64,000 bases of DNA from Gammaproteobacteria bacterium (GCA_041689615.1 JBDNFW010000044.1:29289-93288); one strand, 5' to 3'. Counted from the stretch's first letter, positions 29,214-39,896 are shown. Made by a program: numbers and translations. Notes: generated from the letters alone by a model not told the origin.

Positions 29214-29999
29214 TTGACACCAAACATGCAACAAGCCATTCACGAAGTATCACTTCCGATTCTTTCTGAGACGCGGGCCTTTCAAAATGATCTAAAGCTG
29301 GCGGCAGATTTTCAACAAACAGTATTGCCAAAAATAGTTGATGTTGATTATCTTGATATCGCCTTGATGTATAAACCTTACGATATGGTTTCCGGTGATG
29401 TTTACGATTTTATTTTAAATCGTGAACGAGAACTTGCGATCTTTATTGGAGATGCGACAGGTCATGGTATATCAGCAGCCTTAATGACGATGATGGTACA
29501 TATCGCTATAGATAGTCTTACTCCTAACCTCGCCACTGACAAATCTATCAGAAAATTAAATCGTTTAATTTCTTCGCGTAACACAGGTCGATCAGTGACA
29601 AGTGTTCTTTTCCGAATCAACCCTGCTGGTTTAATGAAGGTAACTCATGCGGGACATCCTTCTCTTATTATTGTCCCTAAAAATAATACTGAACTAATTT
29701 CATTCAAAGAAGCCGGTTGTCCTCTGGGATTGTTTATTGATGAACCGGTAAAATATATTGAAGAGACTTATCAATTAAAGTCTGGTGATAAAATCATCGC
29801 TTACACTGATGGACTGACTGAGTGGCGTAATATAGACAAAGAATCTTATGGTCTTGAGCGTTTATTAGACTTTATTAACAAAAACCGTACTCTTAATTGC
29901 GACTCTTTAATTCAGGCTATTTATAATGACGCTGAGTTATTTTCAAATAATCTACCTAATAACGATGATTTAACAATGCTTATTGCTGAATATAAATAA
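29214..29999 (+). CDS. stand-alone PP2C/SpoIIE-family Ser/Thr phosphatase (start may be the ATG at 29226)
   Basis: MVSGDVYDF..., GDATGHGISAALMT, YTDGLTE motifs. Confidence 0.85.
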   Translation: MTPNMQQAIHEVSLPILSETRAFQNDLKLAADFQQTVLPKIVDVDYLDIALMYKPYDMVSGDVYDFILNRERELAIFIGDATGHGISAALMTMMVHIAIDSLTPNLATDKSIRKLNRLISSRNTGRSVTSVLFRINPAGLMKVTHAGHPSLIIVPKNNTELISFKEAGCPLGLFIDEPVKYIEETYQLKSGDKIIAYTDGLTEWRNIDKESYGLERLLDFINKNRTLNCDSLIQAIYNDAELFSNNLPNNDDLTMLIAEYK

Positions 30000-30212
30000 G
30001 TTACATAACGTCGTGATTTAAAGACTATTTTTTTATTTTCAACTTTTACTTCCACATAAAGCAATTGCTCATTTTTCTCAATATTAAATCAAATGGCCTC
30101 TCAGTAAGGCTATAGCTGGATATTACAGGAAGATTTAGTTAAAGTGACTTGATCAAACGAAAATAAGACTTAGTAACATTTATTTAAACCAAAAATATGA
30201 GGGAGTTTAAAC

Positions 30213-30539
30213 ATGGCCGAAGCGAAAGGATTGAGTAAACCAGTCAAATTGAAAAGCGAGTTAGCAGAATTTTTAGGAGAAAAAGAACTTCCCCGTACAG
30301 AGATTACTAAAAAATTATGGGACTATATTAAAGCAAATAAACTTCAGACAAAAACAGCGAATGGCAAAGCTATGAATGCAGGAAAGTTCATTGTCGCTGA
30401 TGCTAAATTACTTCCTATATTCAAAAATACGAACTCTACGAGTAAATCAGGTAAGCTTACCGATCTTACAAAAATGAAAGAAGGTGAAACAATCGACATG
30501 ATGCAGATGGCTGCAATTGTTGGTGCAAATATAGAATAA
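30213..30539 (+). CDS. SWIB/MDM2-domain protein
   Basis: KSELAEFLGEKELPRTEITKKLWDYIKANKLQ is a typical SWIB N-terminal half; the C-terminal half contains an insertion. Confidence 0.75.
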   Translation: MAEAKGLSKPVKLKSELAEFLGEKELPRTEITKKLWDYIKANKLQTKTANGKAMNAGKFIVADAKLLPIFKNTNSTSKSGKLTDLTKMKEGETIDMMQMAAIVGANIE

Positions 30540-30547
30540 TTTTAAAC

Positions 30548-30580
30548 ATAGAGTCTGCATATAAATAATGCAGACTCTAT
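30548..30580. terminator. 13-bp perfect hairpin between convergent genes (bidirectional terminator candidate)
   Basis: ATAGAGTCTGCAT ataaata ATGCAGACTCTAT. Confidence 0.7.
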
Positions 30581-30597
30581 CAAGTTCAAAAAACCGA

Positions 30598-31677
30598 TCA
30601 GATTTTTCCTCTCAAAGTTACATCATCACCTTCATGTATCGGCCAAACATTGATTAATGCTTTAACTAAAGTGGCTAAAGGAATAGCAAAGAACACACCC
30701 CAAAACCCCCATAGACCACCAAAGACAAGTATCGCAACAATAATAGCAACGGGATGTAGATTAACGGCTTCAGAGAAAAGTATGGGTACTAATACATTGC
30801 CATCAAGAAATTGAATAACGCCATAGCACACCATTAACCAGATAAAGTCTGATCCTATGCCCCATTGAAAGTAAGCAACTAAAGCAATTGGCAAAGTCAC
30901 AACTGCGGCACCGATATAGGGAATTAATACTGATAAGCCAACAAGTATTGCCAGTAGTGACGCGTAATTCAAACCAAAAATAACAAAAGTAATATAGGAA
31001 ACACCGCCAACTATAAGAATCTCATTGGATTTGCCGCGCACATAATTACCAATTTGCCCATCCATTTCTCTCCAGATTTCGTTCACCAATTGCCTTTCTT
31101 TTGGCAAGAATCGTCCCATCCATCCGAGAATCATCGCTTTGTCTTTTAGAAAGAAAAAGATCATCAAGGGTACTAAAACCAAATAAACCAGAATCGTAAT
31201 AATGGCTGGTATAGAAGCAACGGAAACTGATAAAACATTTTGGCCGAGATCGCTAAGCCCGCTTTGAATTGTTGTTATCAGTTCTTGCACGTACGCAACT
31301 GAAATTAATTCAGGATATTGTTCAGGCAAACGCAATAACAGTGCCTGACCATTACTTATCATGTCCGGTACTTCTTTAAAGAACTGACTGACTTGTCTGG
31401 AAAGTCTTGGCAACAGTACAAGTAAAATAAACATCATAAATGCCACGAAGATTAAATAAACCAGATTAACCGCCCAAAACCGCGACATTTTTTTATTCTG
31501 TAACTTATGAACTGCGCCTTCTAATAAATAAGCAATAACTAATGCTGCCAATAAAGGCGCAAGCATTTTTCCCATAGTCATCAAAATAGTGACGCTGACA
31601 ACCAACAAGACAACTAATAAAGAAGCTTGTGGATCCGTAAAATAACGCCTATACCATCGACTAATAAATTCGAACAT
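30598..31677 (-). CDS. AI-2E family transporter (PerM/UPF0118)
   Basis: 8-TM profile with a typical PerM-like C-terminal region. Confidence 0.8.
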   Translation of the reverse strand: MFEFISRWYRRYFTDPQASLLVVLLVVSVTILMTMGKMLAPLLAALVIAYLLEGAVHKLQNKKMSRFWAVNLVYLIFVAFMMFILLVLLPRLSRQVSQFFKEVPDMISNGQALLLRLPEQYPELISVAYVQELITTIQSGLSDLGQNVLSVSVASIPAIITILVYLVLVPLMIFFFLKDKAMILGWMGRFLPKERQLVNEIWREMDGQIGNYVRGKSNEILIVGGVSYITFVIFGLNYASLLAILVGLSVLIPYIGAAVVTLPIALVAYFQWGIGSDFIWLMVCYGVIQFLDGNVLVPILFSEAVNLHPVAIIVAILVFGGLWGFWGVFFAIPLATLVKALINVWPIHEGDDVTLRGKI

Positions 31678-31830
31678 TTATTTTGATTCTTAAATAATAA
31701 TGAATATGTTGTGAATGATAACGACATCTTGCCCGTTCGGCGAGATCAATACAGAAAAGCATGAATATAATAATAGTTCTCTACAAAACATTTGTTAACT
31801 TGTCCCTAACTAATATGCATAAAAGACAGG

Positions 31831-31859
31831 CAAAAAATAGGCGCCGAGGGGCGGCGCCC
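31831..31859 (-). terminator. Rho-independent terminator on the minus strand
   Basis: Minus strand reads GGCGCCG-cccct-CGGCGCC followed by TATTTTTTG. No annotated minus-strand gene ends here. Confidence 0.7.
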
Positions 31860-32093
31860 AAAACGTTAGGAGCAGAGGACAGTCGAGGTTTACTGAGTTT
31901 GACTATCTGTATGAATACTATTGCAGCACTCATGCCAACTAGTAATTTCAATAAAATTCAATTACTTAATTGATATTAATAACGATATACAGATAAGATT
32001 TGCACTATCATAGTGTTTTAGGCACAGTTATGGTGCACTGCAATATGACTACTAAACCTCATTAACATAGAAAAACGCCCAAGCTTTTTACAA

Positions 32094-33155
32094 ATGGACA
32101 AAAAACAGCTATCTGAAAATATAAAATGTTGGGGAACTGAATTAGGTTTTCAGCAGCTTGGCTTCACGACGACGGCATTAGCAGAAGATGAAGCCTATCT
32201 ATTAAACTGGCTTGAGCAAGGACGACACGGCGCAATGTCTTATATGGAATCTCATGGAACCAAACGAAGTCGTCCGGAAGATCTCGTACCCGGTACGGTT
32301 AGTGTTATCTCGGTACGAATGGATTACATGCCACCTTCCAGTAAACATCCCATGCAAGTTTTAAATAACAACAACCTTGCTTATATCTCTCGATACGCAA
32401 TGGGTCGTGATTATCACAAATTGATGCGTCAACGTTTACAAAAACTGGCAACTAAAATTGAAAATGAAGTTGGACATTTTGGTTATCGTTGTTTTGTTGA
32501 TAGCGCACCTGTATTGGAAAAAGCATTAGCACGTAATGCCGGGCTAGGTTGGATAGGAAAGCACAGCAATCTTATCAATCCAAAAGCAGGCTCATGGTTT
32601 TTTCTTGGTGAAATCTATACTGATCTGCCACTTGAAATCGACGAGCCTTTTGATAGTCATCATTGCGGCAGTTGTAATGCTTGTATTGATATATGTCCAA
32701 CCAAAGCGATTGTTGGTCCGATGCAAGTTGATGCCCGTCGTTGTATATCTTATTTAACGATTGAATTACGTGATTCTATTCCAGAAGAGTTTCGTAAAAT
32801 GATCGGAAACCGTGTTTATGGTTGCGATGATTGCCAATTGATTTGCCCGTGGAACAAGTTTTCAAAAAAATCTGAAGAAGATGACTTTCGTGTAAGACAT
32901 GGGTTAGATTCACCAACGCTAGTTGAATTATTTGCCTGGACTGAAACAGACTTCTTAAAGAATACAGAAGGTTCTGCAATAAGAAGAATTGGGTATGAAT
33001 CCTGGTTAAGAAATATCGCCGTGGGCCTTGGCAATGCACCCGGCACTAATGAAGTCATTAGTGCATTAAAAAATCGTCAACATGATGCTTCTGCTTTGGT
33101 TAGAGAACATACCGAATGGGCATTAACTCAACACGGTATTAAAAACTTAAACTAA
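32094..33155 (+). CDS. queG: epoxyqueuosine reductase QueG
   Basis: two 4Fe-4S ferredoxin motifs (CGSCNACIDICP, CDDCQLICP); QueG-length protein. Confidence 0.9.
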   Translation: MDKKQLSENIKCWGTELGFQQLGFTTTALAEDEAYLLNWLEQGRHGAMSYMESHGTKRSRPEDLVPGTVSVISVRMDYMPPSSKHPMQVLNNNNLAYISRYAMGRDYHKLMRQRLQKLATKIENEVGHFGYRCFVDSAPVLEKALARNAGLGWIGKHSNLINPKAGSWFFLGEIYTDLPLEIDEPFDSHHCGSCNACIDICPTKAIVGPMQVDARRCISYLTIELRDSIPEEFRKMIGNRVYGCDDCQLICPWNKFSKKSEEDDFRVRHGLDSPTLVELFAWTETDFLKNTEGSAIRRIGYESWLRNIAVGLGNAPGTNEVISALKNRQHDASALVREHTEWALTQHGIKNLN

Positions 33156-33158
33156 AAC

Positions 33159-33617
33159 TTATTTAGCATAGAGTGTTTCCGATTCAACATTAAACACGGT
33201 GCCATCAACACTCAAAACCCGCACCTTCATACCTGCTGGCATATCCGAACCTTTTACCTTCCAGATTGAATCATCAACCTTCACTTTACCAACACCATTG
33301 ACTATAGGTTCTTCGAGAGTGAAAGTACGGCCAACATATTGTTCACCTCGACGATTCAAATTAGGTTCATCGTTCACAGTGGGGTTTGATTTTTGATGTC
33401 TCTTATATAACACCAGTGTCACAATCGATAACACACCAAAAATAATTACCTGAATTAATAATGGTATCGTGGGCATCATGAACAACAATATGCCAACGAC
33501 AAAAGCGGAAATGCCCATCCACAAAAAATACGCTGCAGGCAGAAGCATTTCTATAACAATCATAACGACTGCTGCAATAAGCCAATACCAAAATTCAATC
33601 TGGTTTAACCATTCCAT
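33159..33617 (-). CDS. NfeD-family membrane protein
   Basis: N-terminal TMs plus a C-terminal OB-like domain; downstream of the SPFH gene. Confidence 0.8.
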   Translation of the reverse strand: MEWLNQIEFWYWLIAAVVMIVIEMLLPAAYFLWMGISAFVVGILLFMMPTIPLLIQVIIFGVLSIVTLVLYKRHQKSNPTVNDEPNLNRRGEQYVGRTFTLEEPIVNGVGKVKVDDSIWKVKGSDMPAGMKVRVLSVDGTVFNVESETLYAK

Positions 33618-33628
33618 AACTTAACTCC

Positions 33629-34558
33629 TTAAACTTGACCGCTGGTTTTTTTGTCTTTGCCAAAGGTCTCTTTAGCAATTTCACCGATACCTGCTAATGC
33701 ACCAATCACATTGCTTGCTTCCAGAGGCATCAGGATAACTTTTTGATTCGGTGCAGAGGCTATTTCTTTTAACGCATCAACATACTTGGTTGCGACGAAA
33801 TAATTGATTGCTTGGATATCACCGGTGGCTATTGCGTTAGAAACATCGGTTGTTGCTTTCGCTTCTGCCTGCGCTAAACGTTCGCGAGCATCTGCATCAA
33901 GAAACGCAGATTCTTTACGTCCTTCTGCTTCCAGAATGCGCGCTCTTTTCTCACCATCCGCTTTCAAAATAGCAGCCTGTTTTTCACCTTCCGCTTCCAG
34001 TACTAATGCGCGTTTTTCACGCTCTGCTTTCATCTGTCTTGCCATCGAATCGACCAGATCTTTCGGCGGCGAAATATCTTTTATCTCGATACGAGTCACT
34101 TTGACGCCCCAGGGACTGGTCGCTTCATCAACAACACGTAGTAGCTGTGCATTAATCGTGTCACGTTGCGACAATAAGTCATCTAGATCCATCGAACCCA
34201 TTACCGTACGAATATTGGTCATGGTTAAATTCAAAATTGCTCGAGTAAGATTATTCACTTCGTACGCTGCTTGCGCGGCATTCAATACCTGAAAGAAAAC
34301 CACGCCATCAACGCGTACCATCGCGTTATCCTTGGTGATAACTTCCTGTGATGGAACATCGACAACGGTCTCCATCATATTCATTTTCGCGCCGATTCTA
34401 TCGAAAAAAGGAACAATGACATGTAAGCCTGGTGACAACGTTCGTTTATATTCACCAAAACGTTCTACCGTATACTCGTTTCCCTGAGTAACAATAGTCA
34501 CTGCCTTCATAAGTAACACAATTGAAAAAATTGCGACGACGAAAATAAACTCAGCCAT
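33629..34558 (-). CDS. SPFH/band-7 (stomatin-like) protein
   Basis: SPFH core followed by a coiled-coil AEREKRA/EAEG repeat region. Confidence 0.88.
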   Translation of the reverse strand: MAEFIFVVAIFSIVLLMKAVTIVTQGNEYTVERFGEYKRTLSPGLHVIVPFFDRIGAKMNMMETVVDVPSQEVITKDNAMVRVDGVVFFQVLNAAQAAYEVNNLTRAILNLTMTNIRTVMGSMDLDDLLSQRDTINAQLLRVVDEATSPWGVKVTRIEIKDISPPKDLVDSMARQMKAEREKRALVLEAEGEKQAAILKADGEKRARILEAEGRKESAFLDADARERLAQAEAKATTDVSNAIATGDIQAINYFVATKYVDALKEIASAPNQKVILMPLEASNVIGALAGIGEIAKETFGKDKKTSGQV

Positions 34559-34579
34559 GACTTTCTCCTTATCTAAAAA

Positions 34580-34948
34580 TTATTTTATAAAACGTATCGT
34601 ATATGGATAACGATATTTAACACCATCATTTGCTTTAATCGCTGCCATAATAATGACAACAATTTGGAAAATGATAAGCACGCCAAGCAATAAAAAACCG
34701 ATTAACACAAACATCAAAATAGCAGAAACAATAACCGCTATAAGCATGGTTAGTTGAAAGTTCAGGGATTCTTTTCCCTGATCATCGACAAACGGCATTT
34801 CATCTTTTTTAATCATCCATACAACTAAAGGACCAAGTACACTACCAAATGGAATTAAATAACCGGAAAAGGCAAGCAGGTGACACATCATGCCCCACAT
34901 GCGCTCCTCTTTACCTGGCATTTCTGTTATATCCATTTCTTCAGTCAT
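34580..34948 (-). CDS. DUF4870-like small membrane protein
   Basis: ERMWGMMCHLLAFSGYLIPFGSVLGPLVVW pattern. Confidence 0.6.
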   Translation of the reverse strand: MTEEMDITEMPGKEERMWGMMCHLLAFSGYLIPFGSVLGPLVVWMIKKDEMPFVDDQGKESLNFQLTMLIAVIVSAILMFVLIGFLLLGVLIIFQIVVIIMAAIKANDGVKYRYPYTIRFIK

Positions 34949-35086
34949 ACACCCCGTCTCCTGGAAAATACTAATGTAATCTGGACGAATTTAAGCTTGC
35001 TGAACATTATCATTCCGAACAGGTTTTGTCTCAGTGAATTAAGAGAAATTTAATAACGAATCGCTTGCTGTCAAACAGTTTTTTGC

Positions 35087-35962
35087 CTATTCGGCTTGTT
35101 TTTCTTTTGTTTCGTCCTCGTCCTTGTTCTCGTTCTCATCTGAATCCTTTTTGACAACGATAGACATGCCCGGTGCCGCTTTAATCATCCAGCCACGAAT
35201 ACGTTTTATCAAAACATCATCTAACTTAGTAAAATAGTGATCCGCTCCTTCTATCTCTATTTGATCATATTGACGATTACCACCTTTTTTTGCCGCAAGC
35301 CGTCTGTCTGCAGCTTGATCAATTGCCTCTTTAAAATCTCGACTTCCATAGATATCCAATACAGGAATTTTTGTTTTTTTGATTAACTTAAGCAAATCGA
35401 TAGGTGGTTTCACAAAAGCATAATCCTGTAGGCCTATCGCAACCAATGAAATAATTTTCTGTTCTTTTTCTTTCTCAAGATAAGACAGCACACTTGCTGC
35501 ACCGAAGCTATGTCCTATAGCAACAATGTTTCTAAATTTATGCTTATGCAGTAAGCGTATTGCCGCCTTAATGCGTTCTGCAGCTCGCTCCAGCGTTTTT
35601 CCATAATCTTCAACCTGATTTTTCGGTGCAATTACGGGAAGTTGAATCGACAAGGTTGTCCAACCTTGTTCCGGCAACGCTTTACGCATTGGCGAGATAG
35701 TTTGTGGCCAATCTGCGTGGGCCCCCATGCCGTGTAAAATAATAACTGCGCCTTGTGCTTTATCGTTAGTTTGCTTGATAAGCAATGCCAAAAAATTTTC
35801 ACCTTTAGCATCAAGCCATAAAACCTGACCATCCTTTACTTCTTCCGCCAATTTATCGCTAATTAGTTTCTCGCGCTCACGATCTAATGCATCGGCGCTA
35901 ACAGATAATGCCGTAATCAATAGCAAGAAAAAAACAACGCCTATTTGAAGATTTTGTCTCAT
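35087..35962 (-). CDS. secreted alpha/beta hydrolase (start moved to MRQNLQ...)
   Basis: Signal peptide and GHSFGA nucleophile elbow. The track start at 36013 lies in the hairpin repeat. Confidence 0.7.
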   Translation of the reverse strand: MRQNLQIGVVFFLLLITALSVSADALDREREKLISDKLAEEVKDGQVLWLDAKGENFLALLIKQTNDKAQGAVIILHGMGAHADWPQTISPMRKALPEQGWTTLSIQLPVIAPKNQVEDYGKTLERAAERIKAAIRLLHKHKFRNIVAIGHSFGAASVLSYLEKEKEQKIISLVAIGLQDYAFVKPPIDLLKLIKKTKIPVLDIYGSRDFKEAIDQAADRRLAAKKGGNRQYDQIEIEGADHYFTKLDDVLIKRIRGWMIKAAPGMSIVVKKDSDENENKDEDETKEKQAE

Positions 35963-36002
35963 AATAATTCCATTTAACCTCAACATATATTTAACATCCA
36001 GT

Positions 36003-36150
36003 GCGACCGCCATGGATGGCGGAAACGATTTTTGTTCCAGACAAATCGTCCTTGCCTACGTCCGTGTAGGCAAGTGCAGATTATGCAGGACACCTACACG
36101 GATGTAGGTGGTCGAGAATGTCAGGAACATATTCTCCAGCAATAATCTGC
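36003..36150. repeat. cluster of short hairpins sharing a 21-mer with 23228-23248
   Basis: CCGCCATGGATGGCGG (36007), GCCTACGTCCGTGTAGGC (36055), CACCTACACGGATGTAGGTG (36091), GCAGATTAT...ATAATCTGC (36076/36142). Confidence 0.85.
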
Positions 36151-36254
36151 CGCAAACAACGTACCAATCTAGTCGTCAAATCGTGCAACATATGGGTTAA
36201 TCAGGTAAAGTTCGCACTTTATCGGATATATCTGAAAACAAACGGATTATTAAG

Positions 36255-36929
36255 ATGTTTGACCCAGTAATTGCACCTTCAATTTTGTCTGCCGATATGG
36301 CCCGGCTCGGTGAAGACACCGCGGCTGTATTAGCGGCGGGCGCTGATTTTGTCCATGTCGATGTCATGGATAATCACTATGTGCCCAATTTGACCTTCGG
36401 ACCCGTGGTGGTCAAAGCATTACGTGACTTTGGTATTTCGGCTCCAATTGATGTGCATTTAATGATCAAGCCTGTCGATCGGATTATTCCGGAGTTTGCT
36501 GAAGCAGGTGCGAGCTTTATCACGTTTCATCCGGAAGCGTCGGAGCATATTGATCGGTCATTACAATTAATTCGTGATAACGGCTGTAAATCGGGTCTGG
36601 TATTTAACCCGGCAACACCGCTTGATGCGCTTGAATATGTTATGGATAAAGTCGATATGATTCTACTGATGTCGGTGAACCCCGGTTTTGGTGGGCAATC
36701 TTTTATTAATTCAGCTTTGGATAAACTCAAAATCGCTCGAAAATTTATTGACGATTCCGGTCGCGAAATCCGGCTTGAAATTGATGGCGGCGTCAAAGTC
36801 GATAATATTCGCGAGATTGCCGAAGCTGGCGCAGATACCTTTGTTGCAGGTTCTGCCATTTTTAACAGCGATGATTACAAAGCAACGATCACATCAATGC
36901 GAGAACAACTAAAATTAGCTAATAGCTAG
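36255..36929 (+). CDS. rpe: ribulose-phosphate 3-epimerase
   Basis: PSILSAD..., [22 protein letters not shown]. Confidence 0.93.
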   Translation: MFDPVIAPSILSADMARLGEDTAAVLAAGADFVHVDVMDNHYVPNLTFGPVVVKALRDFGISAPIDVHLMIKPVDRIIPEFAEAGASFITFHPEASEHIDRSLQLIRDNGCKSGLVFNPATPLDALEYVMDKVDMILLMSVNPGFGGQSFINSALDKLKIARKFIDDSGREIRLEIDGGVKVDNIREIAEAGADTFVAGSAIFNSDDYKATITSMREQLKLANS

Positions 36930-36955
36930 TACCCGATTTATTCATTTTTTATCTT

Positions 36956-37627
36956 ATGCCTATTAAAACTCCCGAACTGGTTTTACTCGATCTTGACGGC
37001 ACTTTAGTCGACTCAATACCTGATCTCGCCTATTCAGTTAATAAAACATTACTAGAATTATCAATGTCTGAAAGAGACATTAATAGTATTCGCAACTGGG
37101 TTGGTAATGGTATTGAAAAATTATTACATCGTGCATTAACTGATGACATCGATGGCGAAGCAGAATCAGAACTTTTTGATAACTCATTTGAAAAATTTAT
37201 GACTCACTATGCAGAAAACAACTGCGCTTTGAGTACCTGTTATCCAGGCGTTCGTGAAGGTATCGATTATCTGAAAACAAAAAACATAAAGATTGGTTGC
37301 GTTACTAATAAACGCGGACAATTTGTCGAACCGATTTTGGAAAAGCTCGGACTTATGGATGACATGAGTATTATTATTGCCGGCGATACACTTGCTAAAA
37401 AGAAACCTGATCCTTTGCCACTATTACATGCTGCATCAACATCCGAAACGGATCCGAAACAATCATTAATGATTGGTGATTCTGAAAGTGATGTTAAAGC
37501 TGCACGCGCTGCTGGTTTCCAAATCGTTTGTGTGAGTTATGGTTATAACCACGGTAATGATATTCGTGATACAAATCCGGATGCCGTTGTTGATTCTCTG
37601 GCAGAATTACCACAGCTGTTTCATTAA
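36956..37627 (+). CDS. gph: phosphoglycolate phosphatase (HAD)
   Basis: DLDGTLVDS motif; rpe-gph-trpE synteny. Confidence 0.85.
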   Translation: MPIKTPELVLLDLDGTLVDSIPDLAYSVNKTLLELSMSERDINSIRNWVGNGIEKLLHRALTDDIDGEAESELFDNSFEKFMTHYAENNCALSTCYPGVREGIDYLKTKNIKIGCVTNKRGQFVEPILEKLGLMDDMSIIIAGDTLAKKKPDPLPLLHAASTSETDPKQSLMIGDSESDVKAARAAGFQIVCVSYGYNHGNDIRDTNPDAVVDSLAELPQLFH

Positions 37628-37792
37628 TAGAGGCTATTCGGTGATAATGAATCGAAGTGAAAATGTTCCTATTCGAGGCTATTTTTATGCGCGATTGAGG
37701 AGAATAGTCATTCTATTTAACGAAATTGCCCATGAAAATAGGCCGAAAAGGGGCATTTGCAGCCGATTAACTTATTGCCGAACAGCCTCTGT

Positions 37793-39271
37793 ATGATTAA
37801 CGAAACTGAATTCAATCAGCTCGCGAAACAAGGATACAACCGTATTCCTTTAATGCGCGAAGTGTTGGCTGATCTCGATACGCCACTTAGTACTTATATG
37901 AAACTGTGTGCTGCTCCCTATTCCTATTTATTTGAATCAGTACAAGGCGGCGAAAAATGGGGACGTTATTCCATTATAGGTTTACCTGCGAAAAAAGTTA
38001 TTACAGCCAATGCGAATCAAATAACAATTAAAGAAAATGGCAATCTTATTGAAGAATATAAGGTTGATGATCCATTAGCGGAAATAGAAAAGATTCAGCA
38101 AACCTATAAGGTCGCTGAGATTGAAGGCATGCCGCGTTTTAATGGCGGGCTAGTCGGTTATTTTGGTTACGAAACAATTCGCTATATCGAACCGCGTTTA
38201 AATAAAAACGATAAAGACGATCCGATCGGATCGCCTGATGTTTTATTAATGGTATCTGATGAAGTCGTTGTGTTTGATAATCTTGGCGGCAAACTTTTTA
38301 TTATTGTTCATGCCGACCCGAGTAATAACGATGCCTTCGCGAAAGCACATCAACGTCTTGATGAATTAGTTGAGTCACTTGCCAATAAACATATTGATAA
38401 AATAAAATCGAACGTTTCTCGCACCGTAAATGAAAAAGATTTTGTTTCAGGCTTTACCCAGGAAAATTATGAAGCTGCTGTCGATAGAATAAAAGAATAT
38501 ATTGTTGAAGGTGATGCCATGCAAGTGGTTTTGTCGCAACGTCTTTCTATTCCGTTTGAATCAGAACCGGTTAATCTCTATCGTGCATTACGTTGTCTTA
38601 ACCCTTCGCCTTATATGTATTTTCTTGATCTGGACGATTTTCAAATTGTTGGTTCATCCCCGGAAATTCTGGTTCGACTTGAAGATGACATAGTAACCGT
38701 CAGACCGATTGCTGGAACACGTCCCCGCGGTAAAACCGAAGAAGAAGACATAGCGCTGGAAAAAGATTTGTTAGCCGATCCAAAAGAACTGGCCGAACAT
38801 TTAATGTTGATTGATTTAGGCCGCAATGATGCGGGTCGTGTTGCCGAAATGGGGAGCGTCACATTAACTGATAAAATGATTATCGAACGTTATTCGCATG
38901 TCATGCATATCGTCTCGAATGTCACCGGTAAATTAAAAGAAGGAATGAGTGCGATAGATGTCTTACGTGCAACCTTTCCTGCAGGTACTGTTTCCGGTGC
39001 GCCAAAGATTCGTGCCATGGAAATTATTGATGAATTGGAACCGGTTAAACGCGGCGTTTATTCAGGTGCAGTCGGTTATTTATCGTGGAACGGAAATATG
39101 GATACCGCTATTGCTATCCGTACCGCGGTGATTAAAGATAAGACCTTGCATATACAAGCGGGCGCAGGCATTGTCGCCGATTCCGTACCCCGAAATGAAT
39201 GGGACGAAACAATGAATAAAGGCCGTGCGATTTTCAGAGCCGTTAGTCTGGCCGAAAAAGGCCTAACTTAA
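37793..39271 (+). CDS. trpE: anthranilate synthase component I
   Basis: LFESV..., chorismate-binding domain GAGIVADS. Confidence 0.92.
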   Translation: MINETEFNQLAKQGYNRIPLMREVLADLDTPLSTYMKLCAAPYSYLFESVQGGEKWGRYSIIGLPAKKVITANANQITIKENGNLIEEYKVDDPLAEIEKIQQTYKVAEIEGMPRFNGGLVGYFGYETIRYIEPRLNKNDKDDPIGSPDVLLMVSDEVVVFDNLGGKLFIIVHADPSNNDAFAKAHQRLDELVESLANKHIDKIKSNVSRTVNEKDFVSGFTQENYEAAVDRIKEYIVEGDAMQVVLSQRLSIPFESEPVNLYRALRCLNPSPYMYFLDLDDFQIVGSSPEILVRLEDDIVTVRPIAGTRPRGKTEEEDIALEKDLLADPKELAEHLMLIDLGRNDAGRVAEMGSVTLTDKMIIERYSHVMHIVSNVTGKLKEGMSAIDVLRATFPAGTVSGAPKIRAMEIIDELEPVKRGVYSGAVGYLSWNGNMDTAIAIRTAVIKDKTLHIQAGAGIVADSVPRNEWDETMNKGRAIFRAVSLAEKGLT

Positions 39272-39298
39272 TTTCAGGGCATAATTTAAGGTAACGCT

Positions 39299-39880
39299 AT
39301 GTTATTAATGATCGACAACTACGATTCCTTTACCTATAACCTGGTTCAATATTTTGGTGAACTGGGACAAGACGTTCAGGTTTATCGTAATGATAAAATT
39401 TCGATTGGAGGGATTGAGAAACTCGCGCCCGATCATATCGTCATTTCTCCCGGCCCTTGTACGCCAAATGAAGCAGGCATTTCCATTGATGTTATTAATT
39501 ATTTCAAAGGTAAGATTCCATTACTGGGTGTTTGCCTTGGTCATCAAAGTATTGGCCAAGCATTTGGCGGAAAGATAGTTCATGCACATGACATCATGCA
39601 CGGTAAAACATCGGACATTTATCATAACAGTACCGATGTCTTTAAAGGATTTGAAAATCCATATACCGCAACCCGTTATCACTCACTTGTGATCGAAAAA
39701 GAATCTCTGCCGGATTGTTTTGAAATTACCGCATGGACACAAACCAAAGACGGCGACATGGATGAAATCATGGGCATTAAACATAAAGAACTGGCGATAT
39801 CAGGAGTTCAGTTTCATCCCGAGTCAATTCTGACATCATATGGTCATGAATTATTGTCAAACTTTCTTAGCAACTCTTAA
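39299..39880 (+). CDS. trpG: anthranilate synthase component II (glutamine amidotransferase)
   Basis: GVCLGHQ catalytic Cys; HPES. Confidence 0.92.
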   Translation: MLLMIDNYDSFTYNLVQYFGELGQDVQVYRNDKISIGGIEKLAPDHIVISPGPCTPNEAGISIDVINYFKGKIPLLGVCLGHQSIGQAFGGKIVHAHDIMHGKTSDIYHNSTDVFKGFENPYTATRYHSLVIEKESLPDCFEITAWTQTKDGDMDEIMGIKHKELAISGVQFHPESILTSYGHELLSNFLSNS

Positions 39881-39896
39881 TTAATATAGTAGTTAG

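Noticed and set aside
31761-31973. 70-aa plus-strand ORF in the perM-queG spacer
   Set aside because: It reads straight through the GC hairpin of the minus-strand terminator, has no RBS and has an odd composition. The region is better explained as non-coding (see the sRNA candidate).
33804-34292. 162-aa ORF antisense to the SPFH gene (Ala/Ser/Arg-rich)
   Set aside because: This is a typical shadow ORF opposite a coiled-coil-encoding, GC-biased repeat region. The sense-strand product has clear family motifs.
37628-37792. Possible trp leader peptide or attenuator upstream of trpE
   Set aside because: There is no short ORF with tandem Trp codons and no terminator/antiterminator pair ending in a T-tract. 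Only weak direct repeats (GAGGCTATT twice) were seen.
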